DNA from: a virus
Lineage: Duplodnaviria; Caudoviricetes
DNA length: 37,622 nucleotides
Reading direction: 5' to 3' (one strand)
IMG/VR virus record: IMGVR_UViG_3300017646_000199
Coordinates: 1-37,622 of that record
Shown here one piece after another: positions 7,892 to 16,228 of the stretch (the first letter of the stretch is position 1; each line of letters starts with the position of its first letter). The translations under genes were made by a program, and so were the position numbers. Below the pieces are notes generated by a model. The model did no database searches. It worked only from the letters and a program-made list of their open reading frames with translations, and had not been told where the DNA came from.

Positions 7892-8034
7892 GCGCACTGA
7901 GGTCGTTCTCGGCGCACTACCTGATCGGGGTGGATGCGTTCGGTGAGGGGTGCGCGTGCGGCGAGCGACGCCTGCACATCGTGGAGCACTTCGCCGACCT
8001 CGCGCTCGCTGAGCTTGAGGCGGAGGCAGCCTGA
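7888..8034 (+). CDS. 48-aa protein with H-CxC-H pattern
   Basis: GTGA overlap; MSALRSFSAHYLIGVDAFGEGCACGERRLHIVEHFADLALAELEAEAA. Confidence 0.6.
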   Translation: MSALRSFSAHYLIGVDAFGEGCACGERRLHIVEHFADLALAELEAEAA

Positions 8035-8035
8035 C

Positions 8036-8407
8036 GTGAACACGACACCGAAGGCTGTGCTTGCCGAGCTCGACCGCCGCGACGGGCACGTGTGCGCGTG
8101 GACGGGTGAGGACACCGGCCGGCTGGTGCCTCAGCACCGGCAACGGGGCATGGGCGGCAGGGCCGGCCTGCACCGGCTGTCGAACCTGGTGTGGCTCGAT
8201 TCGGTGATCAATGGGCTGATCGAGTCCGATCCGGCCTGGCAGGCCGAGGCGTTGCGGCGGGGGATCAAGATCAGCGGGTTCGCGGACCCGGAGGAGGAGC
8301 CGGTCGAGCATGCGGTGCTGGGTCGGGTGCGGTTGAAGGATGACGGCGCGTGGGTGCCTGACCGGGTGGTCCCGGTCGACGAAACATGGAAGGTGGTGAG
8401 TGGCTGA
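8036..8407 (+). CDS. HNH-like endonuclease (degenerate)
   Basis: RRDGHVCAW...QHRQRGMGG...SNLVWL; SD GGAGG. Confidence 0.7.
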   Translation: MNTTPKAVLAELDRRDGHVCAWTGEDTGRLVPQHRQRGMGGRAGLHRLSNLVWLDSVINGLIESDPAWQAEALRRGIKISGFADPEEEPVEHAVLGRVRLKDDGAWVPDRVVPVDETWKVVSG

Positions 8408-9330
8408 TGGGGCGACCGAAGTCGAAGGGGCCGTACGTGCCGCTCGCGGCGCAGTACTTCATGGATGACGCGATCCTCGAGGCGGGGCCGGATGCGGAGC
8501 TGCTGTTCGTGCGGTGCCTGTCGTTCCTGGCGTCGGTCTCGTCGGACGGTTTCATCACCGAGCGGCAGATGACGAACATCGTCGGGAACGGTCTGCGGGC
8601 GGTCCCGCGGCGGGTGAAATCGCTTGTGGAAGTCGGTCTGATTGAGCCGGTTTCGGGCGGGTTTCTCGTCCGTTCTTGGCTCAAGTGGAACAAAAGTGCC
8701 GATGAAATCGGAAAGTTGCTTGCGAAAGACCGTGAGCGCAAGTCGCGGAAACTCGCGGAAGATGACGCTAATTCCGTACGGAATGACGCTGGAATCCAAT
8801 CGGATTCCGAGGACCAGTACAGAGCAGTACAGAGCAGTACAGATAACTCACCTAACGGTGAGTCTTCGTCGGACGCCGTTGGCGCCGACGCGGCCGAGTA
8901 CTCGGATGAGGTGAAGCGGCTGTGCGGTCTGCTGGCGGAGCTCGTTCGGGCGAATGGGCACAAGGTCGGCGCGGTGGGTGTCACGTGGTGGCAGGCGTGC
9001 GAGCGGCTGTTCCGCATCGATGGGTACACGGCGGAGCAGATCGAGTGGCTGATGCGGTGGGCGACGTCGGACGAGTTCTGGGCGGCGAATATCCGCTCGA
9101 TGCCGAAGTTCCGGGAGAAGTTCTCGACGTTGAAGGCGCAAGCGCAGGCGAACCCGCATGGGCGCGGCCGGTCGTCGGCGCAGCGGCGGGAGCTGCAGGC
9201 GCTCGAGTTGGTGGCGCGATACGAGGAGGAAGAACGAAATGCAGAAGTCGGAAGCGGCGAAGGTGCTCACGTACGTGTCGGCGGTGGAGGGGCGGGAGGT
9301 CACGCCGCTCTCGATCGAGGCGTGGCATGA
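8407..9330 (+). CDS. Phage replication initiator protein
   Basis: N-terminal SDGFITE wHTH-like region; C-terminal DEFWAANIRSMPKFREKFSTL; internal repeats; upstream of loader and helicase. Confidence 0.78.
   Translation: MGRPKSKGPYVPLAAQYFMDDAILEAGPDAELLFVRCLSFLASVSSDGFITERQMTNIVGNGLRAVPRRVKSLVEVGLIEPVSGGFLVRSWLKWNKSADEIGKLLAKDRERKSRKLAEDDANSVRNDAGIQSDSEDQYRAVQSSTDNSPNGESSSDAVGADAAEYSDEVKRLCGLLAELVRANGHKVGAVGVTWWQACERLFRIDGYTAEQIEWLMRWATSDEFWAANIRSMPKFREKFSTLKAQAQANPHGRGRSSAQRRELQALELVARYEEEERNAEVGSGEGAHVRVGGGGAGGHAALDRGVA
8762..8844. repeat. Candidate replication origin repeats within the initiator gene
   Basis: Palindromes ATTCCGTACGGAAT (8771-8784) and GGAATCC-N4-GGATTCC (8791-8808); CAGTACAGA(G/T) x3 at 8815-8844; locally AT-richer. 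Confidence 0.7.
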
Positions 9331-9475
9331 GTTGCTGGCCGATGTTGAGTACGTCGACGCGGTCGAGGCGATGAAGGAGCACTACCGGGCCGAGTCGCGG
9401 CGGCTGTGGCCGTCGGACATCCGACGCGCGACGGTCGATGACTTTGGACGGGACGAATGGATGCACCGGGCATGA
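9239..9475 (+). CDS. Helicase loader/inhibitor (SPP1 G39P-like)
   Basis: SD GAGGAGG; EAWHELLADVEYVDAVEAMKEHY...PSDI; lies between initiator and helicase. Confidence 0.75.
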   Translation: MQKSEAAKVLTYVSAVEGREVTPLSIEAWHELLADVEYVDAVEAMKEHYRAESRRLWPSDIRRATVDDFGRDEWMHRA

Positions 9476-10656
9476 GCGTGAACGTGGAGCGGATGGTGGT
9501 CGGGGCGGTGATGCTCGACGGCCGGATGATGCGGGAGGCGGCGCAAGAGTGCGCACCGGTCGACTTCGCTGATGGTCGTCTGGGGCAGCTGTTCGCGGGG
9601 ATGGCGTCGATGTACGCGAACCGTGAACCGATCGACGTGATCACCGTGTCGGGGCGTCTCGTTGACTGGGGTGTGCGGGGTGTGTCGGTCGCTGACCTGC
9701 ACGAGTGGGTGTCGGAGGTGCCGACGGCGGCGAACGTCGGGTATTACGCGGCGCAGGTGCGGCGGGCCGCGCTGCAGCGGGGCGCGAACGTGGTCGCGGC
9801 GCACATGCGGCAGCGGCTGGCTGAGATGGGCCCTGAGCTCGTGATCAGTCAGGCGTTGGAGGAGCTGCGGGATCTGCAGGAGCAGCACACGATCGACGAG
9901 CTGTCGGCGATGACGCTGCATGAGCTGCTCGGCGCGGACGTTGAGTACGACTGGGTGATCGACGGCCTGCTCGAGCGGCGCGACCGGCTGATGCTGACCG
10001 GTGGTGAGGGTGCGGGGAAGTCGACGTTCATCCGGCAGATGGCGATCACGGCGGCCGCGGGCATTCACCCGTTCCGTGAGTACCCAATCGAGCCGTCTCG
10101 GGTGCTGGTGATCGACGCGGAGAACACGGAGGTTCAGTGGGGTCGTGAGACGCGGAAATGGGCGGGGTCGCTGGATCAGCTCGGCGCGGGGGACCCTTCG
10201 GAACGGATGCACGTGTCGTGTGTCCGCCGGCTCGATCTGACGCGAGACATGGATCTCGGGATGGTGCACCGGCTGGTGGACCAGTACCGGCCGGATGTGC
10301 TGTTCATCGGGCCGCTGTACCGGCTGACGCCGCGCGCGATCAACAACGACGATGATGCGGCACCGCTGCTGGCGTCGCTGGACACGTTGCGGGATCGCGG
10401 TCTGGCGCTGGTGATCGAGGCGCATGCGGGGCACGCGACGAACGCGACGGGGGAGCGGGATCTGCGGCCTCGCGGGTCGGCGGCGCTGATGGGGTGGCCG
10501 GAGTTCGGGTACGGGCTGCGGCGGAACCGGAAGAACCCGCTGCATGTGGACATGGTGCGGTGGCGCGGTGACCGTGACGCGCGTGGGTGGCCGTCGAAGT
10601 TGGGCAAGTCGAACGTGCAGGGGCAGCAGCGGTGGCCGTGGCGGCCGGTGGATTGA
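9472..10656 (+). CDS. Replicative helicase (DnaB N-terminal domain plus RecA/AAA_25 ATPase)
   Basis: ERMVVGAVML, PIDVITV, VPTAANVGYYA; Walker A GGEGAGKS. Confidence 0.88.
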   Translation: MSVNVERMVVGAVMLDGRMMREAAQECAPVDFADGRLGQLFAGMASMYANREPIDVITVSGRLVDWGVRGVSVADLHEWVSEVPTAANVGYYAAQVRRAALQRGANVVAAHMRQRLAEMGPELVISQALEELRDLQEQHTIDELSAMTLHELLGADVEYDWVIDGLLERRDRLMLTGGEGAGKSTFIRQMAITAAAGIHPFREYPIEPSRVLVIDAENTEVQWGRETRKWAGSLDQLGAGDPSERMHVSCVRRLDLTRDMDLGMVHRLVDQYRPDVLFIGPLYRLTPRAINNDDDAAPLLASLDTLRDRGLALVIEAHAGHATNATGERDLRPRGSAALMGWPEFGYGLRRNRKNPLHVDMVRWRGDRDARGWPSKLGKSNVQGQQRWPWRPVD

Positions 10657-10677
10657 TCGAGGGAAGGGATCGGGAAG

Positions 10678-11064
10678 ATGGCGAAGATCGTGGTGGAGAA
10701 CGCGACCGTGGAGCGCGTGTTCGAGACACGCACGGGGTCGGTGGGTGTGTCGTTGAAGGAGTCGTACACGCCGAAGAACGGCGGGGAGGTGCGGCATTCG
10801 TGGTTCACGGCGTGGTTCGACCGGCATCCGCAGGTCGAGGTGGGGCAGGTGGTGTCGGTGTCGGGGTTCCATTCGGCGCGGACGCGGACGTATGACAGCG
10901 CGTCGGGGCCGAAGACGTCGGTGGATGTGTCGGTGAATTCGGCGCGGTTGATCGATTCGGCGCCGCCGATCGCGCCGGCGCCGTCGGATGGGTCGGATCT
11001 GGCGTACCCGGACGAGGTGCCGCCGGAGGACCCGTACGCGAGTGGGGGTGACCTGGGGTGGTGA
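10678..11064 (+). CDS. ssb: Single-stranded DNA-binding protein
   Basis: OB-fold pattern (WFTAWF, VGQVVSVSG) with acidic/proline tail; follows the helicase. Confidence 0.75.
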   Translation: MAKIVVENATVERVFETRTGSVGVSLKESYTPKNGGEVRHSWFTAWFDRHPQVEVGQVVSVSGFHSARTRTYDSASGPKTSVDVSVNSARLIDSAPPIAPAPSDGSDLAYPDEVPPEDPYASGGDLGW

Positions 11065-11075
11065 GCGAGAGGCGA

Positions 11076-11324
11076 TCAGTCTTCGACGGGCGCGCGGTGT
11101 CGGCGCGACAAGATGACGCCGACCACGACGAGTGCCGCGGCGATGAGCGGCATGAGTGGGGAGGCGCGGAAGTTGTCGGGCCAGAGCGCGAAGTAGACGA
11201 TGCCGGCGAGCACGGTGAGTCCGGCGTAGATCAGGGTGTCACGCTGGCGGCCGACCCCGCCCATGAGGAGGGTGACAACGCCGAGGGCGACGACGACGAG
11301 CGAGACGATCGTGGACAGGGCCAT
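11076..11324 (-). CDS. Leaderless antisense membrane protein (3 TM)
   Basis: Three hydrophobic helices; -10 TAGAGT 7 nt before ATG. Confidence 0.8.
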   Translation of the reverse strand: MALSTIVSLVVVALGVVTLLMGGVGRQRDTLIYAGLTVLAGIVYFALWPDNFRASPLMPLIAAALVVVGVILSRRHRAPVED

Positions 11325-11443
11325 GGCGGTAACTCTAGGGCTCTGCCTCGTCCAGTGCAGCCATCGCGCCGGAACGAGGTGCCTCGCAGGGACCGTATGC
11401 GTGCCGCCCTGGTGGCTGCTCGGGAGGCTCGGGAGGTGCGGTC

Positions 11444-12253
11444 ATGACCCGCGCTTGCCTGCGAGGGTGCACGACGCCGGAGGGCGACCCCCGGGAGGCC
11501 GCCGCGGGGTCGTATCTCTGCGACCGGTGCGCACGCCGGCTACGGCACCACCTCGTCGAAGCCCCGGACCTGTGCGTCCGCATCCGGGCAACGATCGACC
11601 CGATGAAAGCGCAGGTGTACGACCGGGAGAAGCTCGGCGGACCGATGTCGTCGGAGTCGCGGCCGCCGATGTCGCTCGACGCCATCGAAGCCGCAGACGA
11701 GGTGTACGCGATCCTGACGTACTTCGCTGAGGTGTTCGGGGACGACATGGTGTACCGCACGCACACGTTCGCCGCCGGCGTCGACGGCCCGGACGTGTAC
11801 CACCTGGCGAAGCTGCCCGCCGGCTACCTGCTCGAGCAGCTGCCCGGGATCGTGAACGACCACCGGGTGGATGGGTTCGCGCGCGCCGTGCTCGGGCCGG
11901 CCGTTGACGAGGACTCGTGGACGATCGCGATGGCGTTGCGGAGGTGGCCGGATCACATGCCGGACCGGTGGGCGAAGCAGCCGTGCCCGCGGTGCGAGCA
12001 GCGCACGGTGCGGGTGCGGGCGCCGCGGATGCTGGGCGACACGACGGTGTTCTGGTGCGCGAACGAGGCGTGCGCGTGGGAGCCGCCGGCGGATGAGGTC
12101 GCGCTGTGGTCGGAGTACTTCGGGATCAGGTCGCACGAGCACTCGTGGACGCATCTGCCGGAGTGGCCGGCGGGTGAGGTGCGCTGCGGGTGCGGGTCGC
12201 GCGCGGTGGAGACGGGTGAGGGGTTGCGGATGATCGAGGAGGCTGTCGCGTGA
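11444..12253 (+). CDS. Cys-rich conserved-type actinophage protein (possible late regulator)
   Basis: SD GGAGG; CDRC, CPRC, CANEAC and CGCG motifs; function inferred from position only. Confidence 0.75.
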   Translation: MTRACLRGCTTPEGDPREAAAGSYLCDRCARRLRHHLVEAPDLCVRIRATIDPMKAQVYDREKLGGPMSSESRPPMSLDAIEAADEVYAILTYFAEVFGDDMVYRTHTFAAGVDGPDVYHLAKLPAGYLLEQLPGIVNDHRVDGFARAVLGPAVDEDSWTIAMALRRWPDHMPDRWAKQPCPRCEQRTVRVRAPRMLGDTTVFWCANEACAWEPPADEVALWSEYFGIRSHEHSWTHLPEWPAGEVRCGCGSRAVETGEGLRMIEEAVA

Positions 12254-12414
12254 GCGAGGCGAATGGGACGCGCTGCTGCGCGCTATGCAAGAGCCCGTAT
12301 GGGCATGTGGCGGCTGCGGGGCGGTGCTGCCACCCGCTGACGGCCGAGGAGCTGCGGGACGGTCTGCGGGCCGCTCAGGCGGCCGCAGGGCCGCGAGAGG
12401 AGACCGGACGATGA
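12250..12414 (+). CDS. 54-aa Cys-rich microprotein
   Basis: Coupled at both ends; CCALC...H...CCH. Confidence 0.55.
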   Translation: MSEANGTRCCALCKSPYGHVAAAGRCCHPLTAEELRDGLRAAQAAAGPREETGR

Positions 12415-12848
12415 CCATGCTGACGCTCAATCAGACGCTGCTGACCATCACGCTCGAGAACGCGAAAGTCGGGACGCAGATGGCCGCGGGGTGCATCGAT
12501 GACGACGGTACGGCACGCGTCGAGCTCGTCGAGCGGCTCGAGGTGGGATGGCGGAACCTGACCACCAAGGAGCAGGCGACATCGATCGACCTCGCGCAGA
12601 AGTTCGACGACCTCGTCGTGACTCAGCTGCCGACGGCGAAGCACGAGGACCAGACGATCAGCGTCCCGCGCCCACACGTGCCGCATGGTCCGCGCGACGT
12701 GCCCGCGCACGTGGCAGACGCGCGATATCTTCGCGAGGCCGCGCATCACATCCGTGACGGGTACGCCGTCGGCGGGTACAACCTGACGAGCACGGTCATT
12801 CGGCTGCTGCTCGACGCTGCTGAAGCGCTCGAGTCCACCGATGGGTGA
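12411..12848 (+). CDS. Hypothetical phage protein
   Basis: SD GAGGAG, ATGA overlap. Confidence 0.7.
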   Translation: MTMLTLNQTLLTITLENAKVGTQMAAGCIDDDGTARVELVERLEVGWRNLTTKEQATSIDLAQKFDDLVVTQLPTAKHEDQTISVPRPHVPHGPRDVPAHVADARYLREAAHHIRDGYAVGGYNLTSTVIRLLLDAAEALESTDG

Positions 12849-13122
12849 CGCGTGGCTGACGCTCGAGGAGGCCGCGAAACGCGTCGACCGCGGCGGCAGC
12901 ACGATCCGACGGTGGATCGCCGACGGGCAGCTGCGCCGCTTCCCGAACGGCCGCGTCCTCGAATCCCAACTGCTCGCCACGGATGCCCGGATGCGGGCGC
13001 GCGTGGGCCGGCCGTCGGGGCAGCGGGTGCCGCTCGTCGTCGACGGCCGTCAGGTCGGGCACGTGACTATCCGACCCGACGGGCAGATCAGCGGGAAGAT
13101 CACCGACACACCGGAAACGTGA
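12841..13122 (+). CDS. HTH_17 excisionase-like DNA-binding protein
   Basis: WLTLEEAAKRVDRGGSTIRRWIADGQL. Confidence 0.85.
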   Translation: MGDAWLTLEEAAKRVDRGGSTIRRWIADGQLRRFPNGRVLESQLLATDARMRARVGRPSGQRVPLVVDGRQVGHVTIRPDGQISGKITDTPET

Positions 13123-13140
13123 ACATCGCGAACAGCGCTC

Positions 13141-13208
13141 TGGTAACATAGAACCGTCGAATTGGCCCCGAGATCAGGACTTAAAGTTCTGCTCGGGGCC
13201 TTCGTCGT
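13141..13208 (+). promoter_or_regulatory. Probable late promoter with leader terminator-like hairpin
   Basis: Extended -10 TGgTAACAT (13141-13149); hairpin GGCCCCGAG...CTCGGGGCC (13164-13200) then TTCGTCGT. Confidence 0.6.
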
Positions 13209-13428
13209 ATCCACCGTGCCCTCGGTGGCCGCGGGGCAGGGAACCGGTGGGGGATCGTGTGCCTGTCCCGCGAAGACTTCCTGGTGCTGTAGCTGCGGCG
13301 TCCAGCCAGGACCATCCCGTGGCGTAGCGCTCTCGCAGCGTGTCCGCGCGGGTACGGCTCACCGGTACCGTCTCGCCGCGGGAACCGGTCAGGGGGCAGG
13401 CGTGTCCACCCAACCCCTGCACGCATAG

Positions 13429-14175
13429 CTATCCGCTCAGCCCACCTGTGAGCTGTTGAACATTCGCGGCGACGTCGAGGGTGCCGGCGGTGGCACCGCC
13501 AATCCAGCTCACGAACGGGACGACGTTGCGAGCGGCACGGCGAATGCGGGAAGCCAAATCGCCGGACTGGCCTTGCTTATCGAGGTCGTCAGCGATTTGG
13601 TTCAGCACGCCGAAGAGTTCGTTGATGCGTCTGATGAGATCCACCCCGCCGAGCGCGCGGTGCTCGCTGAGCACAGTTCTGACTGACGTGGTCAGGTGGA
13701 ACAGGTAGTTGCGGACGGGTTCGGTGAGGTCCATCGTCGGATCACGGAGCAGGTCCTCGACGGCGTCCAAACCGCTGGTGACACGGCCTTCGAGGTCGTG
13801 ATCCATCCGCACAGCGAGTGTCGAATCGTCGAGCCGGTCGGCCAGCGCTCGAAGCTGATCAATCTGCAGCTCGGAGATGAGCTGCTGACGTGAGGATTGA
13901 CCGGCACCCCAGGTGAGGTCTGGCGCGAACACGCCCCGGGCCCAGTAGCCAAACGCTCGCTGGTAGTGGTCGACCCTTCGGCCGGTGGCCTCCATCGCTA
14001 AGAGGGCCTGCCGCACCTCGCCGAGCAGCTGGGCCGCTTCGCTGTGCTTCACCCACTCCTCTGCCGCCGTCGCACCGTTGTTCATGCCGCGCGACTGATA
14101 GACGGTGCTCCCCTTCGCGACGCTCGCCCAGTCTTCGAGGATGTCGGCCAGGACCGATGCAGGGTTTGTCGCCAT
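13429..14175 (-). CDS. Leaderless accessory gene, hypothetical 248 aa
   Basis: Start MATNPASVLADILEDW with -10 TACGCT 6 nt upstream; less GC-biased codons; opposite to operon direction. Confidence 0.8.
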   Translation of the reverse strand: MATNPASVLADILEDWASVAKGSTVYQSRGMNNGATAAEEWVKHSEAAQLLGEVRQALLAMEATGRRVDHYQRAFGYWARGVFAPDLTWGAGQSSRQQLISELQIDQLRALADRLDDSTLAVRMDHDLEGRVTSGLDAVEDLLRDPTMDLTEPVRNYLFHLTTSVRTVLSEHRALGGVDLIRRINELFGVLNQIADDLDKQGQSGDLASRIRRAARNVVPFVSWIGGATAGTLDVAANVQQLTGGLSG

Positions 14176-14215
14176 GAGCGAAGCGTAGGGCATGCGACCC
14201 ACTCGAGGAGGCAGC

Positions 14216-14371
14216 GTGGGCACGATGTGCTGGCTCATCGTCCTCGGCGCCGTGGTCGCCATCGTCGCCGCCCCGCACCCTGAGCGGCACCGCTCACGGC
14301 CCGGCCCGTCGTGGTTCGACATCCTGCCGACGCTCAAGGCTGGTGGGCAGCGGGTGCGGCGGCGCCGCTAA
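14216..14371 (+). CDS. 51-aa single-TM peptide
   Basis: SD GAGGAGG; MGTMCWLIVLGAVVAIVAAP...RVRRRR. Confidence 0.5.
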   Translation: MGTMCWLIVLGAVVAIVAAPHPERHRSRPGPSWFDILPTLKAGGQRVRRRR

Positions 14372-14407
14372 CCGCCGCGTGTCGCACCGGCCCGATATGG
14401 TGTCCGC

Positions 14408-14704
14408 ATGACCACTTCCGCTGCATATCCGCGCCCGACCGATCGCCGGCTCGCGAAAGCGTTCGATGACGCGCTCACCCGCGGGTATGAGATCCGGTAC
14501 GCGGACGAGACGCGGGTGGTCGTGTACCGGAAGAACCAGTGGGGATGCGGCGGCCTCCTCTTCCTGATCCTGCTCGGCGTGCTCACGGCGTTCATCGTCC
14601 CGCTGATCCTGCTGATCCTCGGAGCGTTCTCGCCCAGCGGGCAGACGATCACGTACGAGCTGAAGCCGAACGGCAAGCTCAAGAAGAAGACCCGAGCCGC
14701 ATAA
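14408..14704 (+). CDS. Leaderless membrane protein (possible superinfection exclusion)
   Basis: -10 TATGGT 6 nt before ATG; long hydrophobic stretch LLFLILLGVLTAFIVPLILLILG; function is speculative. Confidence 0.75.
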   Translation: MTTSAAYPRPTDRRLAKAFDDALTRGYEIRYADETRVVVYRKNQWGCGGLLFLILLGVLTAFIVPLILLILGAFSPSGQTITYELKPNGKLKKKTRAA

Positions 14705-14778
14705 CCTCACCTGCACGACTCCACGCCCCGGACGGACACCCCGCCCGGGGCGTTCCCATTCCCCCGGGGGAGGCGGCC

Positions 14779-15084
14779 ATGGCAGCGAAACGCGCCCGCG
14801 ACGGCAGAGGGCACCGTGCGTACCGCCGGCAACAGGCGGCACTGAAGCGCCGCACGAAGGAATACGACCTGCCGTGCGGGTACGGTTCCCCGTCCGGCTG
14901 GGGATGCGGTGAGCACATCGACACCGACCTCGACTCGAAACACGCGATGTCGTTCACGGCCGACCATGACGAAGCGCTCGCGAACGGCGGCCGACTCGTC
15001 GGGCAGGTACTCATCCCCATGCACCGCCGCTGCAATAGCCGGAAGAACGACCACGCCGTCGTAGAGATCTGGGAGGCATCATGA
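14779..15084 (+). CDS. HNH endonuclease (packaging-associated)
   Basis: LPC...CG...TADH...GG...MHRRCNSRK; upstream of the terminase. Confidence 0.88.
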   Translation: MAAKRARDGRGHRAYRRQQAALKRRTKEYDLPCGYGSPSGWGCGEHIDTDLDSKHAMSFTADHDEALANGGRLVGQVLIPMHRRCNSRKNDHAVVEIWEAS

Positions 15085-15416
15085 ACACCAGCCACAAGGT
15101 CGACGTCATCGTCGCGACCGACGGTCCAGCACCTGAGCTCGACTACCAGGAGCCGGCCGAACCCATCGAGCAGGTCGATGTCACCCCCGACCCGCACCGA
15201 CGCATCATCTTCCTCGCCGAGACCAAGCAGGCCGGGTACGACGAAGCCCGCGCCCTCGGCATCGAACCCGTCGCCGTGATCACACCCCGCAGCCTCGACG
15301 CAGCACGCGGCATCGAAGCCGACGCACTCATGGACTCGTCCACCCTGGCGCCGGAGATGCGGGACCAGCTACTCCCGCACGCCCTCCCATCCATCGCGAC
15401 GACCGAGACCGACTGA
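15081..15416 (+). CDS. Hypothetical phage protein
   Basis: ATGA overlap, SD GGAGG. Confidence 0.7.
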   Translation: MNTSHKVDVIVATDGPAPELDYQEPAEPIEQVDVTPDPHRRIIFLAETKQAGYDEARALGIEPVAVITPRSLDAARGIEADALMDSSTLAPEMRDQLLPHALPSIATTETD

Positions 15417-15616
15417 TGGCCGCCATCGCAGCGACCCTGACCGGACGCATACTCATCCAGATCGGGGACAGCGATCCTGTCGAGGTCGGCACCGTCGACA
15501 TCCCGATCCACGTCAGCACTGCACCGACACCCGTGACACGCGACAACGTAGGCACCACCGAGCCCCACGAGCGCCTCACACGCAGTGTGACCGTCCCACC
15601 CGGGTACAGAGGCTAA
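15416..15616 (+). CDS. Hypothetical phage protein
   Basis: TGATG overlap. Confidence 0.65.
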   Translation: MAAIAATLTGRILIQIGDSDPVEVGTVDIPIHVSTAPTPVTRDNVGTTEPHERLTRSVTVPPGYRG

Positions 15617-15639
15617 CCACCCCCACCCCAGACAGACAC

Positions 15640-15730
15640 AACGCCCGGGCGCCGCTCAAAAAAATCCAGCGACGCCCTCCGGCTGCCCACCTCCCGCGCG
15701 TGCCTGGCAGTTTTCTCCCCGCTCCGTTTC
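15640..15730. other. Candidate cos (packaging end) region
   Basis: Noncoding gap between the HNH module and TerS; A7 tract, GC core, TTTTCTCCCC; strand composition flips from C/A-rich to G/T-rich here. Confidence 0.55.
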
Positions 15731-15775
15731 GTGTTTCGCACTGAATCGAAGCTCGCACCAATTCGGAGGTGTTGA

Positions 15776-16228
15776 ATGCCGCGTGCGAAGGCGCCGTGTG
15801 GGACATATACGGCTTACAAGCGGCACTTGAAGGAGAAGGTGCCGGTGGATAGTGCGTGCCGGGAGGCGCAGCGGGCTCATGATGCTGGGCGTTCGACGTC
15901 GGGTGCTGCTCGGGTGGCGAGGGCGGCGAAGGTCGCGAAGCCTGCGGCGGCGGCACCGGATGTGCCGTTGGCTCCGGCGCCGGTGACGGATGAGGGGCAT
16001 GTTTCTCGCGTGGAGATCCTCAAGGAGATGTTGGAGGAGTCGCGCGAGCTCGTGAAGACGCTGCGTCGGAATGATCCTCAGCGTGCGTACCTGCAGATGC
16101 GGGAGCAGCGGGAGATTCTGCGGGAGCTGTCGGAGTTGCAGGGTAATGGGCAGGTGAAGGGGGTCACGCTGAATGACCAACTTGCCGAAGCTCGAGCTCG
16201 TAGGCTCGCAGCGGCCGAGGCTTCATAG
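15776..16228 (+). CDS. terS: Terminase small subunit
   Basis: Overlaps TerL; SD GGAGG; C-terminal LRELSEL...LNDQLAEARARR. Confidence 0.8.
   Translation: MPRAKAPCGTYTAYKRHLKEKVPVDSACREAQRAHDAGRSTSGAARVARAAKVAKPAAAAPDVPLAPAPVTDEGHVSRVEILKEMLEESRELVKTLRRNDPQRAYLQMREQREILRELSELQGNGQVKGVTLNDQLAEARARRLAAAEAS

Larger units (their letters stand above)
6589..7900 (+). repeat. 14-bp direct repeat flanking the methyltransferase
   Basis: CGTGAGCGCACTGA at 6589-6602 and 7887-7900. Confidence 0.8.

Noticed and set aside
13201-13428. Possible phage tRNA in the structured leader
   Set aside because: No T-loop GTTCRA or cloverleaf spacing found.
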